64,000 nucleotides of DNA, taken from assembly GCA_030704615.1 (NCBI GenBank), contig CM060732.1:53568001-53632000 (forward strand), given 5' to 3'. Both the position numbers and the translations under genes were made by a program. Position 1 is the first letter of the stretch; every line of letters begins with the position of its first letter. Below are positions 63,101-64,000 of this stretch, piece after piece. The notes under the pieces were generated by a model. That model did not search any database. It had not been told where the DNA came from and saw nothing but the letters and a program-made list of their open reading frames with translations. The stretch comes from Takakia lepidozioides. Taxonomy: Eukaryota; Plantae; Bryophyta.

Positions 63101-64000
63101 ACTAACCTTACTGTTTACAACATGACATCGATGGATAAGATATGTTTGTTTTGTTCCCCCCGGATGCCCTCTCACGCAAGGCTGGCACTATATGTTTTGC
63201 AGGGACCACATGTACAGGGAGTGGCAGTGGGGTCGTCTGTGAAGAAGGTGGGTCCTGCGCCAAGGACCATAGTGCTACGGCGGCAGCATTCCGGATTCCC
63301 CCCCGGCATGAGGAGGCAGGCTCCAAGGTATGGTTGTTCCCAGCCCCTCTCCGCAAACTTACTTGGTTGGTTTCCTGGATACACTTCCTGAAGCGTTGCA
63401 ATGTGTATTCATTGCAGGTGAGCAAGAGGAGTGGGCTGTCCCCGGCACCATCATCGCAGCAGGACGTGGTTCCCCAGGCATGCATTCATGGCTCCTTGCT
63501 TTGCCTGGCTGGTTTTTAGTAGGGTTTTTTTGCCAGGCGGTTGTAGTGTGCATGGTCTGAGCAGGGTGTAAGTTAGCTTGCTCCGTGGAGGTGTGTTTAT
63601 ACCATTGCAACCACCAGAGTTCATGTTATTCTTATCCGTCTGACTAAACCTCTTTTTGCTGCTGCAGTTGAAGACACGTGGGTAGCTTTCCTCAGTTGCC
63701 ACCCTCAGTGACGAGCTTCGCTTCAAGGTAGGTTGGTACACCATGAATTTGCTGCTGATTCAGTATTGTGGCAACCAAGATCGTTTCCATGCCCAGCTGC
63801 GCTTGACTTTCACCCTGTCATTGCTATGTTTGTTGCTGAGTGGACCCTAATGTTGGTGTCTGCAGATATCAGATCCTGTGTTTCTCCTGAACCCCCATGA
63901 CAAGCGGTCAAAGACAGCCGCCGCCAAGGCGGAAGTGGTGGGAATAGCCGGGGTTGACAAGTTCCACTGCAAGGACATTCCATCCGGGTGGTACAAGGTG
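60125..64000 (+). pseudogene. CACTA TnpA-like multi-exon gene (Transposase_24-like, coiled coil, FCP1/NIF domain, Tnp1/Transposase_23-like), disrupted and running off the window
   Basis: WDKLVAYWESPRGLAKAEGMKQARACVTNPSRWGRAG (61336-61491); coiled coil from about 61960; LIVLDLNGIL, VFPRP, VGIWSCA, LFVWSQEEC, NTLLVDDSPHK (62455-63020); VFLLNP...AKAEVVGIAGVDKFHCKDIPSGWYKV (63866-64000). Confidence 0.75.
60480..61335 (-). mobile_element. Second RTE-X-like LINE family, 3' fragment, inside the TnpA-like gene
   Basis: LFDTVVSPATIYGCEFW and FRVGSHNLRIETGRW...RLCPAC...ETEEHFFFYCPLY; ends in a short (CAGTTT)2 repeat; no TSD found. Confidence 0.85.

Larger units (their letters stand above)
52253..64000. 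mobile_element. CACTA/En-Spm transposon region (left terminus in window, right end beyond it) with nested insertions
   Basis: CACTATAGCCGCAAAAT at 52253 followed by about eight TGCGAC/GTCGCA-type subterminal repeats to about 52550; TnpD and TnpA-like genes inside. That all parts belong to one element is inference. Confidence 0.7.

Overview
Eukaryotic nuclear DNA from a land plant that most likely has flagellated sperm (moss/lycophyte/fern grade or similar), inferred from an intact radial-spoke gene and a DNMT3-type methyltransferase relic. Four apparently intact spliced genes were assembled by hand: RSPH14-like ARM radial-spoke protein (9130-14397, minus, 10 exons), head-to-head with gamma-tubulin complex protein GCP2 (14862-32281, plus, 25 exons, about 930 aa with an animal-like N-terminal extension), a GDSL esterase/lipase (46129-48641) and nuclear PetM (50078-50455). 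The rest is largely transposon-derived: an apparently full-length but frameshifted RTE-X-like LINE with a 16-bp TSD in GCP2 intron 10 plus three fragments of its family, a hAT MITE, tRNA-derived SINEs, LTR relics and decayed gene fragments. A large CACTA/En-Spm region (52253 to the window end) has TnpD and TnpA-like genes pointing away from each other, a PPR fragment between them, and an FCP1/NIF (CTD-phosphatase-like HAD) domain embedded in the TnpA-like gene. Top leads are the phosphatase-domain CACTA, the RSPH14/GCP2 shared promoter with paired DUO1-type MYB sites, the retained GCP2 N-terminal helical domain and the DNMT3 relic. All homology calls come from motif recognition and recalled reference sequences; no searches were run.
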